A DNA stretch of 39,370 nucleotides. Origin: a virus. The notes below the pieces were generated by a model. That model did no database searches, was not told the DNA's origin, and saw only the letters and a list, made by a program, of their open reading frames with translations. Made by a program: the position numbers and the translations under genes. The DNA lies in the UHGV virus genome UHGV-0386856. One strand, given 5' to 3'. Below, piece after piece: positions 7,830-17,876 of this stretch; the stretch's first letter is position 1; the number at the start of each line of letters is the position of its first letter.

Positions 7830-8477
7830 ATGGATGATTTAACCGGAAGAAAGTTTGGGAAACTTACCGTGATTGAGAAAACGGAAAAAATAAAAAATGG
7901 CTCTATCGTTTGGAAATGCAAATGTGATTGCGGCGGCACTATATGTGCATCAACACGAGATTTAAACCAGGGGCGGATCAAGAGCTGTGGCTGCCTGAGA
8001 AAAGAAAGATATAATCTAATCGGTCAAAAATTCGGAAGGCTAACTGTGCTAAAATCTGAATCATGCGGATCACATCGAACATTTCTCTGCCAATGCGAGT
8101 GCGGAAATAAAGTTTCTGTACGCGGTGATAGTCTAAAAAGAGGTAAAACCGTAAGCTGTGGATGCTTAAAGCGTAATGGAGAGAAAGCCGGACAACTGGA
8201 AAGAGGGAGAAACCTAAATGATCATACATCTCTCATATTTTACAAAGGGACTGTATCAAAAAACAATACAACTGGATTTAATGGGATATCACTAATCAAA
8301 GGCAAATACAGGGCTACCATTGGATACAAAAATAAAACATATTATTTGATATCTGATAGTAACATTGAGATAGCGAAAGATGTCCGAAAAGAAGCGGATG
8401 AAGCTATAAAAAATGGAACGTTTGAAGAATGGATAGAACAGCTACGGAGGAGTAGAAATGAAAAGAAGCATTATTGA
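7830..8477 (+). CDS. DNA-binding protein: two tandem G-x-KFG-x-LTV + Cys-cluster (zinc-ribbon-like) modules and a C-terminal AP2-like domain (215 aa)
   Basis: GRKFGKLTVIEK...WKCKCDCGG...SCGCL and GQKFGRLTVLKS...CQCECGN...SCGCL duplicated modules. C-terminal GISLIKGKYRATIGYKNKTYYLISDSNIEIAKDVRKEADEAI resembles AP2/HNH-associated DNA-binding domains. Confidence 0.7.
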   Translation: MDDLTGRKFGKLTVIEKTEKIKNGSIVWKCKCDCGGTICASTRDLNQGRIKSCGCLRKERYNLIGQKFGRLTVLKSESCGSHRTFLCQCECGNKVSVRGDSLKRGKTVSCGCLKRNGEKAGQLERGRNLNDHTSLIFYKGTVSKNNTTGFNGISLIKGKYRATIGYKNKTYYLISDSNIEIAKDVRKEADEAIKNGTFEEWIEQLRRSRNEKKHY

Positions 8478-8730
8478 TTTATTTAAAGACGCGTTAGAGT
8501 CGGATGATTATAAGTTCAAGGCAGCATTCCTCGTAGGGAGCCTAGTATCTTACGAATCGAATGACACGCCAGAAAAAGAAGTGCAAAGCACAGAGTATCT
8601 TACTGAGATTCTCGGATACCTGCAGTCTGTAAATGCAAGCGACCCAGACAAGAAAGAATTTATCAATAGAATAACGGAAACCATTGAACGGTATTTGAAT
8701 TGGGAAGATGATACCCCCTCAGAGAGCTGA
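8458..8730 (+). CDS. Hypothetical acidic protein (90 aa)
   Basis: RBS GGAGGAGTAGAAATG; overlaps the previous gene by 20 nt. Confidence 0.6.
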   Translation: MKRSIIDLFKDALESDDYKFKAAFLVGSLVSYESNDTPEKEVQSTEYLTEILGYLQSVNASDPDKKEFINRITETIERYLNWEDDTPSES

Positions 8731-8750
8731 TCTCCGAGGGGATTTTATTA
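8714..8750. terminator. Bidirectional rho-independent terminator between convergent operons (CCCCTCAGAGA...TCTCCGAGGGG stem, then ATTTTATT)
   Basis: Stem with one mismatch and T-run 8743..8746 on plus; A-run on the other side. Confidence 0.55.
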
Positions 8751-9725
8751 GAACAACTGGAATCTATCGATTGCCTGTCCGAACGCTCCAGCATATCCGT
8801 CCTGTCCGTTTCCGGTCTCATTATCATACTGCCAATCCCAGTATGTTCCATTTACCGGACTGACACGGTACTGCGCTTTCTGGTAGCCATATTTTGCCGC
8901 ATAATCCGCTGGAGTATTGTAGTACACCTCGATTGCGTCAATCGGCTGTCCGGTACCTGCATAACCATTGTTGTGATCATTCCAGTTGCATCCGGTAACA
9001 TAAGGCAGCCACCCTCTGCCGATTACGTGAACTCTATACTTTACGGATCCTTTGTCTACCTTAATAGCTACATCCGTGATGCGCTTACCCCGAATCCCGG
9101 CAAAATCCGTGAGATTCCGCACAAACGGCAAGATGCGTCCGTCCTCCAGTTTGACGGCGTAGGTAAATACTACTTCCGGCTGCTGTGACGCCGATGCCTG
9201 TCCGGATACCTGTCCACCAGATACATAAGTTGGTGGCGTGACATTTCCGGCCATATACTCCTTAATCCGCTTGATAAAGTAGGATTTCGTAGCTTCTCTG
9301 CCGCCGTGAATCTCTACAGATCTGTGAGGGCATGATGTGGCATACACTTCCTGATGGAGTCTGATTGTGCTTGTGCTTGGTGTGATTCCATACTCCTTGC
9401 ACTTCTGCGCCGCCAACTGCAATGCTTTTTCCTCGTTTGCTTTAAATACATCCAGATCACCCATACTCTGGCATGTTTCGATGCCGAGATAGTTTAAGTT
9501 TCCATTTGTGTCCCCGCAATGCCATGCACAATTCATATCATCCTCTGCCTGTAAGATACCATCCTGCGCTACATAATAGTGCGCAAATCCATTTTCAAGC
9601 GGATGTGTCTGTAACCAATTTCTGTAAAATGCTGCATTGGCGTTCTTGCTTCCAGCGTCATTGTGAAAAAAGATACCTACCGGATTTCTCCCTCTGTTTC
9701 CTGCTACTCCACGACAAATACTCAT
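8748..9725 (-). CDS. Endolysin: N-acetylmuramoyl-L-alanine amidase (Amidase_2/PGRP-like) with C-terminal cell-wall-binding region
   Basis: GIFFHNDAGS...AWHCG motifs; follows the holin; ATG at 9725 with RBS GGAAAGGAGAAAATATG (the track's 9776 start is less likely). Confidence 0.8.
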   Translation of the reverse strand: MSICRGVAGNRGRNPVGIFFHNDAGSKNANAAFYRNWLQTHPLENGFAHYYVAQDGILQAEDDMNCAWHCGDTNGNLNYLGIETCQSMGDLDVFKANEEKALQLAAQKCKEYGITPSTSTIRLHQEVYATSCPHRSVEIHGGREATKSYFIKRIKEYMAGNVTPPTYVSGGQVSGQASASQQPEVVFTYAVKLEDGRILPFVRNLTDFAGIRGKRITDVAIKVDKGSVKYRVHVIGRGWLPYVTGCNWNDHNNGYAGTGQPIDAIEVYYNTPADYAAKYGYQKAQYRVSPVNGTYWDWQYDNETGNGQDGYAGAFGQAIDRFQLF

Positions 9726-9788
9726 ATTTTCTCCTTTCCGTGCGATGTCGCACAATAAAAGAGAGCCTGTTTCCAAGCTCTCCCGAAT

Positions 9789-10037
9789 CTACTTATATGT
9801 AAGCGCCCTCTCTGAATCTCCTGTACCCGGTGTTGTTGGGTCTACCACTACACCAAGGATCGCCAGAACCGCAAAGAGTGCATTGATTACAGTCAATAAC
9901 TTATCTCCAAGGTCTCCAAGGTCGATCGCAAATCCAAACACTGCCGCAATAGCCTGTACCAACAGCAAGAGTGCCGGGATCAGTGCTACCCAGAATGCCT
10001 TGTTTTTAATTCTTACAATCCAATTGATTTTTTTCAT
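9789..10037 (-). CDS. Holin (two-TM, 82 aa)
   Basis: MKKINWIVRIKNKAFWVALIPALLLLVQ... typical Firmicutes phage holin. RBS AAGGAGGACGTGAAATG. Confidence 0.8.
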   Translation of the reverse strand: MKKINWIVRIKNKAFWVALIPALLLLVQAIAAVFGFAIDLGDLGDKLLTVINALFAVLAILGVVVDPTTPGTGDSERALTYK

Positions 10038-10049
10038 TTCACGTCCTCC

Positions 10050-10331
10050 TTAAAAAAGCATTGCTGCGGCTGCACCGATAATAGCTGCAATGAGAGCGGT
10101 AACAACCCCATCCCACCGTTTGGCTGGTGTCTGCTCCAGATGCGTCACTTTTGCAGTTAACTGCACCAGTGTCTGGTTCATAAATCCAACCTCTTTGGTC
10201 AACCCCACCATTTCCTGTGCTAATTGATGTACCACGCTCACAACGTCCTCTGCTTCTTTCATTCGATGCTTTAATGAGCCGATTTCTTTTCCGTGCTCTG
10301 CAAGTTTCACTTCTACTTCATTTTCTGTCAT
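10050..10331 (-). CDS. XhlA-like lysis accessory protein (coiled coil plus C-terminal TM), 93 aa
   Basis: ATG at 10331 with RBS GGAGGGAAAACATG. C-terminal WDGVVTALIAAIIGAAAAMLF TM after a coiled coil, like haemolysin XhlA family. Confidence 0.65.
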   Translation of the reverse strand: MTENEVEVKLAEHGKEIGSLKHRMKEAEDVVSVVHQLAQEMVGLTKEVGFMNQTLVQLTAKVTHLEQTPAKRWDGVVTALIAAIIGAAAAMLF

Positions 10332-10351
10332 GTTTTCCCTCCGGTTTTTAA

Positions 10352-10380
10352 AGTATAAAAATAAGACCATTACGGTCTTG
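10352..10380 (-). terminator. Rho-independent terminator after the tail fibre/Tal gene (minus strand: CAAGACCGTAATGGTCTT then ATTTTTAT)
   Basis: 6-bp stem AAGACC/GGTCTT at 10363..10379; T-run on the minus strand. Confidence 0.5.
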
Positions 10381-10403
10381 CTCTGATCTCCATATTCGCT
10401 CCT

Positions 10404-13247
10404 TTAGTCATCCGTAATCCATGTAAATGTCTTTATGCGCTCACAGTAGTCTGACTTGCCAGTTACAATGGATATTCCTCCGTCTTTTGTAATGTAATAC
10501 CTGCCAGTCCCGATAACTGACGTACCAACCAATTCGCTGTACGTCTCTACTATGTCTACGACTGGTCGATATCCTATAGGGATCCTTAATTCGTCAAACG
10601 GCCCATGCGATCCTGCATTCGGGAACTGTATAAGTGCCGTGATTTTACATGTAACCACGCACCCTCTCCTTATTAGCTCCGCCTGTATATAGTTGGATGA
10701 GTTTGTGCTGGCGAATGGTCCTTTTATTTTTCCGGAGTCATAATTTGTTGCTTTAGATATGTTTATTTCGTATGATCCGGAGCTTTTAACAAATATACCG
10801 TCCCGTTTAAAAATAACAAGGTTGGAAATGGTGGCTCCGTCAAAATACTGCGCAATCTGCGTTGGGAATATAGACAAGCTTGTGTGTCTGCCGCTGTCCA
10901 TCCCATTCGCTACAAATACGCCCTTGCTTATCGCAGAGCTGTTTATCCCGTTTTCATCCTCGGAGTAGATCTCTCCGGTATTTACTTGGATAAAAAAGTG
11001 TCCGTCCAGACTCTTTATAAGTCCAGCGGTTACAGTTCCGAGGTTTGCGGCAATCGCACTTAGCGCCTCTACATTCAGATTTTCTACCGAAATGTAATAG
11101 ATCACCCACTTACTGCCGTCCCATCTTTTAATCGGCTCTCCGCTTGCAGTCTGCCAGAGCTGTCCCGCTTTTGGATTTTCCGGAGCTGTTGGAGACACGA
11201 TAATGCCGGAATCCCCGTCTGCCCCATTCTGCCCGTGTACTCCGATGATAATAGGGGTTGTCTTGGTCGAGGTTCCATTTGTGTAGGCATAAACTTCGTA
11301 GCTCCACAAATATTTTTTTACGTCCGTCATGTCCTGCTTCGTAGTGCTCCACCCAGAAGAGGATATTGTGATTCCGGTACTCTTTTCGGATGCGAGGTAG
11401 TACTTTGTAATAGATTCGATTCCAACACCGTCCTGACCATCATCCCCTTTATACTTCGACCACTGATAATCTGTGGGATTGCTACTTTCTGTCGGTACTT
11501 CCTTGTTATAGGCAAATCCGATGTAATATTTTCCGTTCGGGCTGTCAGACATCCCGTTTCCGCTGGCATCATCCGCATATCTCACCCACGTATAGTAAGT
11601 TTTTCCGTCATCTCCGGGCTTTCCTGGTACTCCCTCTCCGGTGATCCTTGCCCACTGGTAATCTTCCGGATTATTGGACATTACCGGAGTCTCCTTATTG
11701 TAGGCGATTCCTAAGTATTCTTTTCCATCCGGACTACTGGACATTCCATTTCCATATTCGTCATCGGCAAATTTAAACCATGTGTAATACGTTGTTCCGT
11801 CTTTTCCCGGCTCTCCATCCGATACATCTGTCACTGTGACCTCATAATACCCACGCTTTACGCCATTTTCGTAAGCCGTAAATGAGTAAACCGCCTTAAC
11901 ATCCACATCCTCGGCATTAACCGTAACACTCTTGCCAACGTAAAACTCTGTCCCATCTTTACTCCACCGAATCTCCAGATTTCCAGACACATCCACACCG
12001 TTGTTGTAAGCGTAGGCTGTCAGCGTTGTGCTCCCGATGCCGTTTTTAAAGATAATGCCGTTGTTTGTTGAGATAGAGCAAGTGTAAACCTTATTTTTGT
12101 TGATAAGGTCTTCCATCCTCTGTAACAAGCTATCCGAAATTTCGGATGTCAGCTCTTTATAGTTTGTAAATACAGTCTTGGCTGTCTTTGGATTTGTAAG
12201 ACTGCGTACCTGTTCAGATACCCTCGCCTGTAGATAAAGCACTGGTGTCCACTCCTGATCCTGCATCCTCACGGTGTCCCCGATATTAGTATCAAAGTAC
12301 CCGTCCACCTCGTAGGTCACTACCGGCTCGGATGCAACTTTTAGATCAGATAATGCCATGCTATAGAGCTTGTCCTTACTGTCTGTATCGTACTCTTTTC
12401 GCATCAGGATATAAGCATCAGCCTTATTTACGATATTGGATGGGAACCGGTCTCTTGCCTGTGGTGCCCGGATGATTGCGCCGTCTGTAAAGTACTCAAT
12501 ATTCCCATTCTCATCGTATTCTTTTTTATCCAGTCCATTGATTGTCAGACCGTCCTTTCCGGTCGGCTGGATGCATGTATATAACTTTTCTGCATCCGTG
12601 GTCTTACGGATTCCGGCAATCCCTTTCCCGTACCTCAGTACGATGTCATTCCGGTATTCTCCGACTCCGCTGTTGGTGTTGGAGTGTTCTCGATATACAT
12701 TTAGGACAATCTCTTTTAAAGAGTAGTCTCTGTTCAGTACTGTCTCGAATTCGATTTCTGCCGAAAATACGTTGGCCAGAGAAAATAGCCTCTTTAATAC
12801 AGACGTTGTGCCTGTCCACTCATTGGTGATCCGTTTATCTGATACCTCGTTAAGCCCCAATTTCAGCGTTCTCTCTGCGTCAAATACGGTAAGGTACTCT
12901 GCAAAGCTCATTGCTTTTTCGGCTTTATATTCGCCAGCATCCTCGTTGATTAACTCAAACGACAGCGACCATGCTGTGGCAGTAATTGTCTTCTCCGTCT
13001 GGTCGGTATTTACAATATTTAAGTAGTAAGATTTACCCTTGTGTGTAAATGCCACCTTGTTTCCAACTGTAACATGTTCTGCGTCTGGATGTTTGGCGTT
13101 TACCGTAAAAGTATAGGTATTCGCTGCTCCCTGTAAGTATTCGTGTAACTCATCATCCCAGTAGTGCATGGACTTTTTGTGTGCATTATCCATAAACGCT
13201 ACAGGCGTGTTATTTGCACTTAAAATCGCAATTCTAATGCTGTCCAT
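10404..13247 (-). CDS. Tail-associated lysin / anti-receptor (Tal, prophage tail endopeptidase-type minor structural protein), 947 aa
   Basis: N-terminal region resembles the phage minor structural protein/Prophage_tail family. Internal ~55-aa tandem repeat and collagen-like G-X-Y stretches; position after Dit. Confidence 0.8.
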   Translation of the reverse strand: MDSIRIAILSANNTPVAFMDNAHKKSMHYWDDELHEYLQGAANTYTFTVNAKHPDAEHVTVGNKVAFTHKGKSYYLNIVNTDQTEKTITATAWSLSFELINEDAGEYKAEKAMSFAEYLTVFDAERTLKLGLNEVSDKRITNEWTGTTSVLKRLFSLANVFSAEIEFETVLNRDYSLKEIVLNVYREHSNTNSGVGEYRNDIVLRYGKGIAGIRKTTDAEKLYTCIQPTGKDGLTINGLDKKEYDENGNIEYFTDGAIIRAPQARDRFPSNIVNKADAYILMRKEYDTDSKDKLYSMALSDLKVASEPVVTYEVDGYFDTNIGDTVRMQDQEWTPVLYLQARVSEQVRSLTNPKTAKTVFTNYKELTSEISDSLLQRMEDLINKNKVYTCSISTNNGIIFKNGIGSTTLTAYAYNNGVDVSGNLEIRWSKDGTEFYVGKSVTVNAEDVDVKAVYSFTAYENGVKRGYYEVTVTDVSDGEPGKDGTTYYTWFKFADDEYGNGMSSSPDGKEYLGIAYNKETPVMSNNPEDYQWARITGEGVPGKPGDDGKTYYTWVRYADDASGNGMSDSPNGKYYIGFAYNKEVPTESSNPTDYQWSKYKGDDGQDGVGIESITKYYLASEKSTGITISSSGWSTTKQDMTDVKKYLWSYEVYAYTNGTSTKTTPIIIGVHGQNGADGDSGIIVSPTAPENPKAGQLWQTASGEPIKRWDGSKWVIYYISVENLNVEALSAIAANLGTVTAGLIKSLDGHFFIQVNTGEIYSEDENGINSSAISKGVFVANGMDSGRHTSLSIFPTQIAQYFDGATISNLVIFKRDGIFVKSSGSYEINISKATNYDSGKIKGPFASTNSSNYIQAELIRRGCVVTCKITALIQFPNAGSHGPFDELRIPIGYRPVVDIVETYSELVGTSVIGTGRYYITKDGGISIVTGKSDYCERIKTFTWITDD

Positions 13248-14776
13248 TACAAGTATACCTCCCGTATTTTTGCTTTAATCTGTGGCGGCGGAGAGGAGAA
13301 AGAAGAGTAGCAGAACTGAACTTCCGTTGTTCCGGGTGGAACTTTCGGATAATTGGATCCATTAATCTCATCTCCTTTTGCCGGCATCCCGTTTACATAG
13401 ACCTTTGTACTCTCTCCGTCTATAGACACCACATCTCCGGCACGGTACCGGTTTGGCACATCCTTATACTTATCGACATTGTCTTTCCGGAACCAGATAC
13501 TTTTTAAATAATTGTGCGTGACATACTGGTTTGTGAGATTTCTGTCTCCCCACTGACCAATCCAAATCTGGATTTTCTCGCATTCCATGTCTTTGATCTC
13601 CGGTATATTTCGCTCCATGTAAGTCCCATACCAAAAAATCCGCAGCTTTTCTCCCTCTTTTAAAAAGTCGTTGTGGCATCCCATTTTAAGATTAAACGGA
13701 TTGCCCTCGTAGGCTGTCGGCTGGAACTCTTCTCGTCTGAGCAAGGTGTTTCCTGGGGCGAACCACTCGATACGTGCCGTATTTCCCGTGGCATCACTCT
13801 TGTTAATAGACATGGCGCAAATCACCTTGTTATCTCCAGTCAGAAATGCAATGGTCTGTGCTCCTGTCTGTCCCATCAATCCAGTTTCGAACCAGTGCTG
13901 GGTGTAACAGTAAAAGTTCTTCGCTCCACGTCTGCCCTCGCTATCCACCGGGATAGTAAGCGTTCTCATTCCGCCGTTCCAGTACCCGGATGTTGCCTGT
14001 CCACCTTTTAATGCCATCACATTGTATCCAGCAACATTCTTGACTTCGAGTGTTCCTTGTGTGGTGTTTTCTGGATTCTGATAAGAGGTACCGTGATCGT
14101 CTTGAAACAGACTATAACCGTTAAACAGTTCTTCGGACGCTTCGTAATTCTCTCCGTCCGCCTCTTCCTGTTTGCCGAGCTGGATGACTCCATACTGGCT
14201 TACCAGTCCGATAAAGCCGTTTTCGTGCTGGTGCGTGATCTCATAGTCCACGTCACACCATTCGGTACCGTTGTTTTGGATGGTGATGGTCTGGTATCCG
14301 TCTTGCTGTACACCGGGAAACTGCTTTTCAGCGGAAGAATACTTGCACGGATCGCAGCAATAGAAAGTAAATTCCCCTTTCACATTCATTCTTCCCGGTT
14401 CCACATCGCCAACACTCGATTTTGTTCCGATAAAATATTTATCCGGCTCATCTGCAAAAATCAGCTTAACTTGCTCCTTGCTTAAAATACTGGAAAGCTT
14501 ATTAAACTTATCACGAAACTCCCTTGTGGTCTTGCAAAGCAATTGATATTCAACCGTAATGTTTCTTGTAATGTTGCGGCTTTCCAGATATTCAGACCCG
14601 CTAATTCCATCGATTTCCCTATCTGTAATTTCAGACTCCAAAAGTTCACGTCCACTCACATACAGAGTTCTATACCCATCAATTAGGTTTTCGATGTATT
14701 CTCCATCAATCTGCAGGGCCTCACTTGGCAGGGAGTTTTCACTCCCAACCTCGCCCGTGTCTACAAAATCATACAT
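13247..14776 (-). CDS. Distal tail protein (Dit, Sipho_tail family) with C-terminal extension, 509 aa
   Basis: Position between the tape measure and Tal; length; overlapping starts. Confidence 0.7.
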   Translation of the reverse strand: MYDFVDTGEVGSENSLPSEALQIDGEYIENLIDGYRTLYVSGRELLESEITDREIDGISGSEYLESRNITRNITVEYQLLCKTTREFRDKFNKLSSILSKEQVKLIFADEPDKYFIGTKSSVGDVEPGRMNVKGEFTFYCCDPCKYSSAEKQFPGVQQDGYQTITIQNNGTEWCDVDYEITHQHENGFIGLVSQYGVIQLGKQEEADGENYEASEELFNGYSLFQDDHGTSYQNPENTTQGTLEVKNVAGYNVMALKGGQATSGYWNGGMRTLTIPVDSEGRRGAKNFYCYTQHWFETGLMGQTGAQTIAFLTGDNKVICAMSINKSDATGNTARIEWFAPGNTLLRREEFQPTAYEGNPFNLKMGCHNDFLKEGEKLRIFWYGTYMERNIPEIKDMECEKIQIWIGQWGDRNLTNQYVTHNYLKSIWFRKDNVDKYKDVPNRYRAGDVVSIDGESTKVYVNGMPAKGDEINGSNYPKVPPGTTEVQFCYSSFSSPPPQIKAKIREVYL

Positions 14777-17534
14777 GACTTCGTTCTCCTTTCAGTCTCA
14801 TCCTCATACTCTCTCGACTCTCCAGCTCTTTCTGCGTAAATTCTGCCGTAACTCGTGCCGCTTCTCTTCCGTTGTACTCAACTGGTACAACGATTGTGTA
14901 TGTCGCGTTCCGCTGATAGGTGTAACCATCAGATAATTCTTTTTTTGTATCAGTTCTACTTGTATATGCCGTCATGACTGGATCAACACTGGAAATAACC
15001 GGAATATCAATTCTGTCATTTATTTCATCGTCCATCCCATAAACTGCAACCATCGGAGTATTTTCTATGCCACCTACTACAACACTTCTCGTTTTTGGCA
15101 GACTCGCCCGAGACGCTGCTGCAGAATTTGCCGTGGCTACCATCTGCGCCGCAATCGCCTGTATTCTTCCGAGGCTTGCAGCCAGTCCATTTGCGAAGCT
15201 CATCCCGATATTTAGACCGCTACTGTAGGCATTTCCGGCTCCAGACGCAAAAGAGGCAAGCACAGCGGAAACAGTACTAATTGCAATTGCCTGTGTTGGC
15301 TGTAGTCCGTTCTGTACACCCTCTTTTGCACTGTCCCCAAGTTTCTGTCCAGAGTTTCTCGCTTTTCCTGCGCCGTTGTCAAATGCGCTTACAATAGATT
15401 TCACCGCACTTTTCGCCTTGTTACCAAGCGCATCTAGCCCATCATTTACAATGCTTACAGAATCTTTCATGCTGGTAATGGATTTCTGCGCTGTCTTTGC
15501 ATTCTTAGCAATGGACTTCATACTGGAATTTACCGCCAATAGCGCCGCAGCCATTGCAAGTACACCAACACACGCTGCTACCATTGCGACGCCGAATGCT
15601 ACCACTCCGACTGTGACACCAAGTACTGCAACACCTACCGCAAGCAATCCAACCGCGAGAACCGTGCATCCAACTCCTGCCACAATCGTACCAGCTCCAA
15701 ATACCGTCATTGCAGCACCTAACGCCCCGATAGCTACAGATGCCTGCAATCCATACTCAGCAACAATCGGAAGTACACTTGCCACGATCGCAAGGCCTAC
15801 GCTCGCAAGCAATACTGCCGCTCCAACAAGTGCCGCAGCCACACCGAATGCGATCAAACCAACAGCTCCTGCTGTAAGGACAGGAGCTACTGCAGCCGCT
15901 ACGACCATCAATCCACCAATTGCTACGATCAGGCCGAACATCACTGCGATTGCAAGCGGGCCTGCATTTGCCAGAGAAATTGAGGACATAGTTAATACGG
16001 CGATTCCGGCCGCTGCCAAAACAACAGCTGCGCCGAATGCAACAAATCCTGCTGCACCTGCCGATAATGTCGGAGCCACCATTTTTGCCACGATCAGAAG
16101 TCCTGCGATTGCAGCTACCATTCCAACTAAAACAGCAACAGCCAATGGTCCCGATTCCGCCACAGCTTTCGCTCCTTGAGCAAGCAAAAAGAAACCACCG
16201 CTAATCAGAGCAACTCCTGCACCAAGCATCATAAATGCTTTGGCAGATTCCATAGTGCTTTTCATGCTTTCCCTACTCGACACTCCAACTTCTCTCTGTC
16301 CCTTGGAAATTCCAAGCAATTTTCCGGCAATCGCACTAATCCCTGCGCCGGCAAGACCCGCAATCGCACTGGTGAATGCACCTACAAACGGGGCAACACT
16401 TTTTGCAATCTTAAAGCCTTTATATGCAACGACAAGCTTAGGAATCTGAGGAATCACTTTCGCGATAGTTTCAGAATGATCCTCTAAAAATCCGGCAAAT
16501 GTTTGCAGAGCCCCGCTCGCGGAATCCATTACACCGGCGAAAGAACTGATGCTTTCCGTGGAGCCAAACGCACCTGTAATCTTTCCGAGATCTTCTCCAA
16601 TTGCGGAAAAAGCATCTCCAAAAGCGTTCTTCACTTCTAATGCTTCTGTTTTTAAAACATTCCAGTACCCACTTGCTTTATCGAGAAATCCAGTTAATTT
16701 TCCTGCGATTGCATCTCCATCAAGATCTCCAATTTTATTAATTATCCCGTCCAAAGATTTAATCGCTCGACCGGATAAAACATCAAATGACGGTGCCAGC
16801 TTATTACTTACTGTTTCGGTCAGACCATCCATTGCCTGATCTACAGTCTTATACTCTGTAGCAAGCTTCGTAAATGCGTCATTTGTGCCGACTTTTGCGA
16901 TAGCATCAAAGAAATCTTCTGTCGCGATTTTTCCGTCCTGCACATTCTGCACCAGATCCGTGGTAGTCATGCCCATTTCTTTTGCGACTGCCGATATACC
17001 AGCCGGAGTCTGTTCGATCATAAGTTTAAAGTCTGCCCATGCAACCGTTGGTTTCGCTGCCATCTGTGTAGCTTGCTGGCTTAAAGTTTTCATTGCCTGT
17101 TTTGGATTCTCAGCTGCCGCCGCAAGCCCTCCGAATCCCTTTACAAGCTTGTTCGTGCTTTTAATACCTACTGCACTCAGCTGAGCATAAGTACTCGCCA
17201 TATCAGATGCGCTGTAAATAGTATCTTCTGCAAACTCTTGCAATTCCTTTTTTACAGATGCAATCTCGTCAGCGCCTTTGCCAACCATCGACATGTTTCC
17301 GTTAAATGTTTTCCATGCAGCACTGGAAGAATTTAATTCCGACACCATACCGCCAATACTGGATGTGACAGCACCAAATGCCTTTTGTCCAATTCCGGCC
17401 ATGATTCCAAATCCGATTCCACTTGTGAGCGTGTTTTTTAAATTGCTTACGGTACCCATTGCAGATTTGAAAGCAGACGTAAATCCTCTATCCTGCGCAG
17501 ATAATATTGCCTTTACGGAAAAACTTTCTGCCAT
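14769..17534 (-). CDS. Tail tape measure protein (921 aa)
   Basis: Long Ala/Gly-rich TM-like central region; coiled-coil ends; RBS AAAGGAGAG 7 nt before the ATG at 17534; follows the G/GT chaperones. Confidence 0.9.
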   Translation of the reverse strand: MAESFSVKAILSAQDRGFTSAFKSAMGTVSNLKNTLTSGIGFGIMAGIGQKAFGAVTSSIGGMVSELNSSSAAWKTFNGNMSMVGKGADEIASVKKELQEFAEDTIYSASDMASTYAQLSAVGIKSTNKLVKGFGGLAAAAENPKQAMKTLSQQATQMAAKPTVAWADFKLMIEQTPAGISAVAKEMGMTTTDLVQNVQDGKIATEDFFDAIAKVGTNDAFTKLATEYKTVDQAMDGLTETVSNKLAPSFDVLSGRAIKSLDGIINKIGDLDGDAIAGKLTGFLDKASGYWNVLKTEALEVKNAFGDAFSAIGEDLGKITGAFGSTESISSFAGVMDSASGALQTFAGFLEDHSETIAKVIPQIPKLVVAYKGFKIAKSVAPFVGAFTSAIAGLAGAGISAIAGKLLGISKGQREVGVSSRESMKSTMESAKAFMMLGAGVALISGGFFLLAQGAKAVAESGPLAVAVLVGMVAAIAGLLIVAKMVAPTLSAGAAGFVAFGAAVVLAAAGIAVLTMSSISLANAGPLAIAVMFGLIVAIGGLMVVAAAVAPVLTAGAVGLIAFGVAAALVGAAVLLASVGLAIVASVLPIVAEYGLQASVAIGALGAAMTVFGAGTIVAGVGCTVLAVGLLAVGVAVLGVTVGVVAFGVAMVAACVGVLAMAAALLAVNSSMKSIAKNAKTAQKSITSMKDSVSIVNDGLDALGNKAKSAVKSIVSAFDNGAGKARNSGQKLGDSAKEGVQNGLQPTQAIAISTVSAVLASFASGAGNAYSSGLNIGMSFANGLAASLGRIQAIAAQMVATANSAAASRASLPKTRSVVVGGIENTPMVAVYGMDDEINDRIDIPVISSVDPVMTAYTSRTDTKKELSDGYTYQRNATYTIVVPVEYNGREAARVTAEFTQKELESRESMRMRLKGERSHV

Positions 17535-17538
17535 GCCA

Positions 17539-17876
17539 TCACTCTCCTTTCATCATTCTGCCGATTATGTCTAATCTTTCATTTTTTTGCTTTCGGTTCC
17601 TCACGCAATCTACTTCTTTTTCGTAATCAAAGAATTTTCTGAATCTCTGATACACTGGTTTCGACCTATTCTTTCCGACCTTTTTCTCTGCTTTCACAGC
17701 AAAATTCAGGAACGCTTGCAGATGATTTCGATAGTCCTTATCTACTTCTCTTAGCTGCACAGCCTCCATGAGCAAGGTGTATTCTGGAATTGTCAACCTA
17801 TCCACTTCTTCAAAGCTCTTAAAGCCAAGATATCGGAAACAATTCAACGCCACCTCTCTGTAGGATTCTTCAAAAT
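17539..17876 (-). CDS. Tail assembly chaperone GT C-terminal (-1 frame) segment, expressed by programmed frameshift from the G ORF
   Basis: Frame is -1 relative to the G ORF and stays open across and upstream of the G stop (read ...EERADDVDFEESYREVALN...); stop TGA overlaps the TMP RBS/start. Confidence 0.65.

Noticed and set aside
15376-16179. 267-aa plus-strand ORF rich in Ala/Thr/Pro
   Set aside because: Antisense shadow ORF inside the tape measure gene; low-complexity translation of the Ala/Gly-rich TMP coding strand
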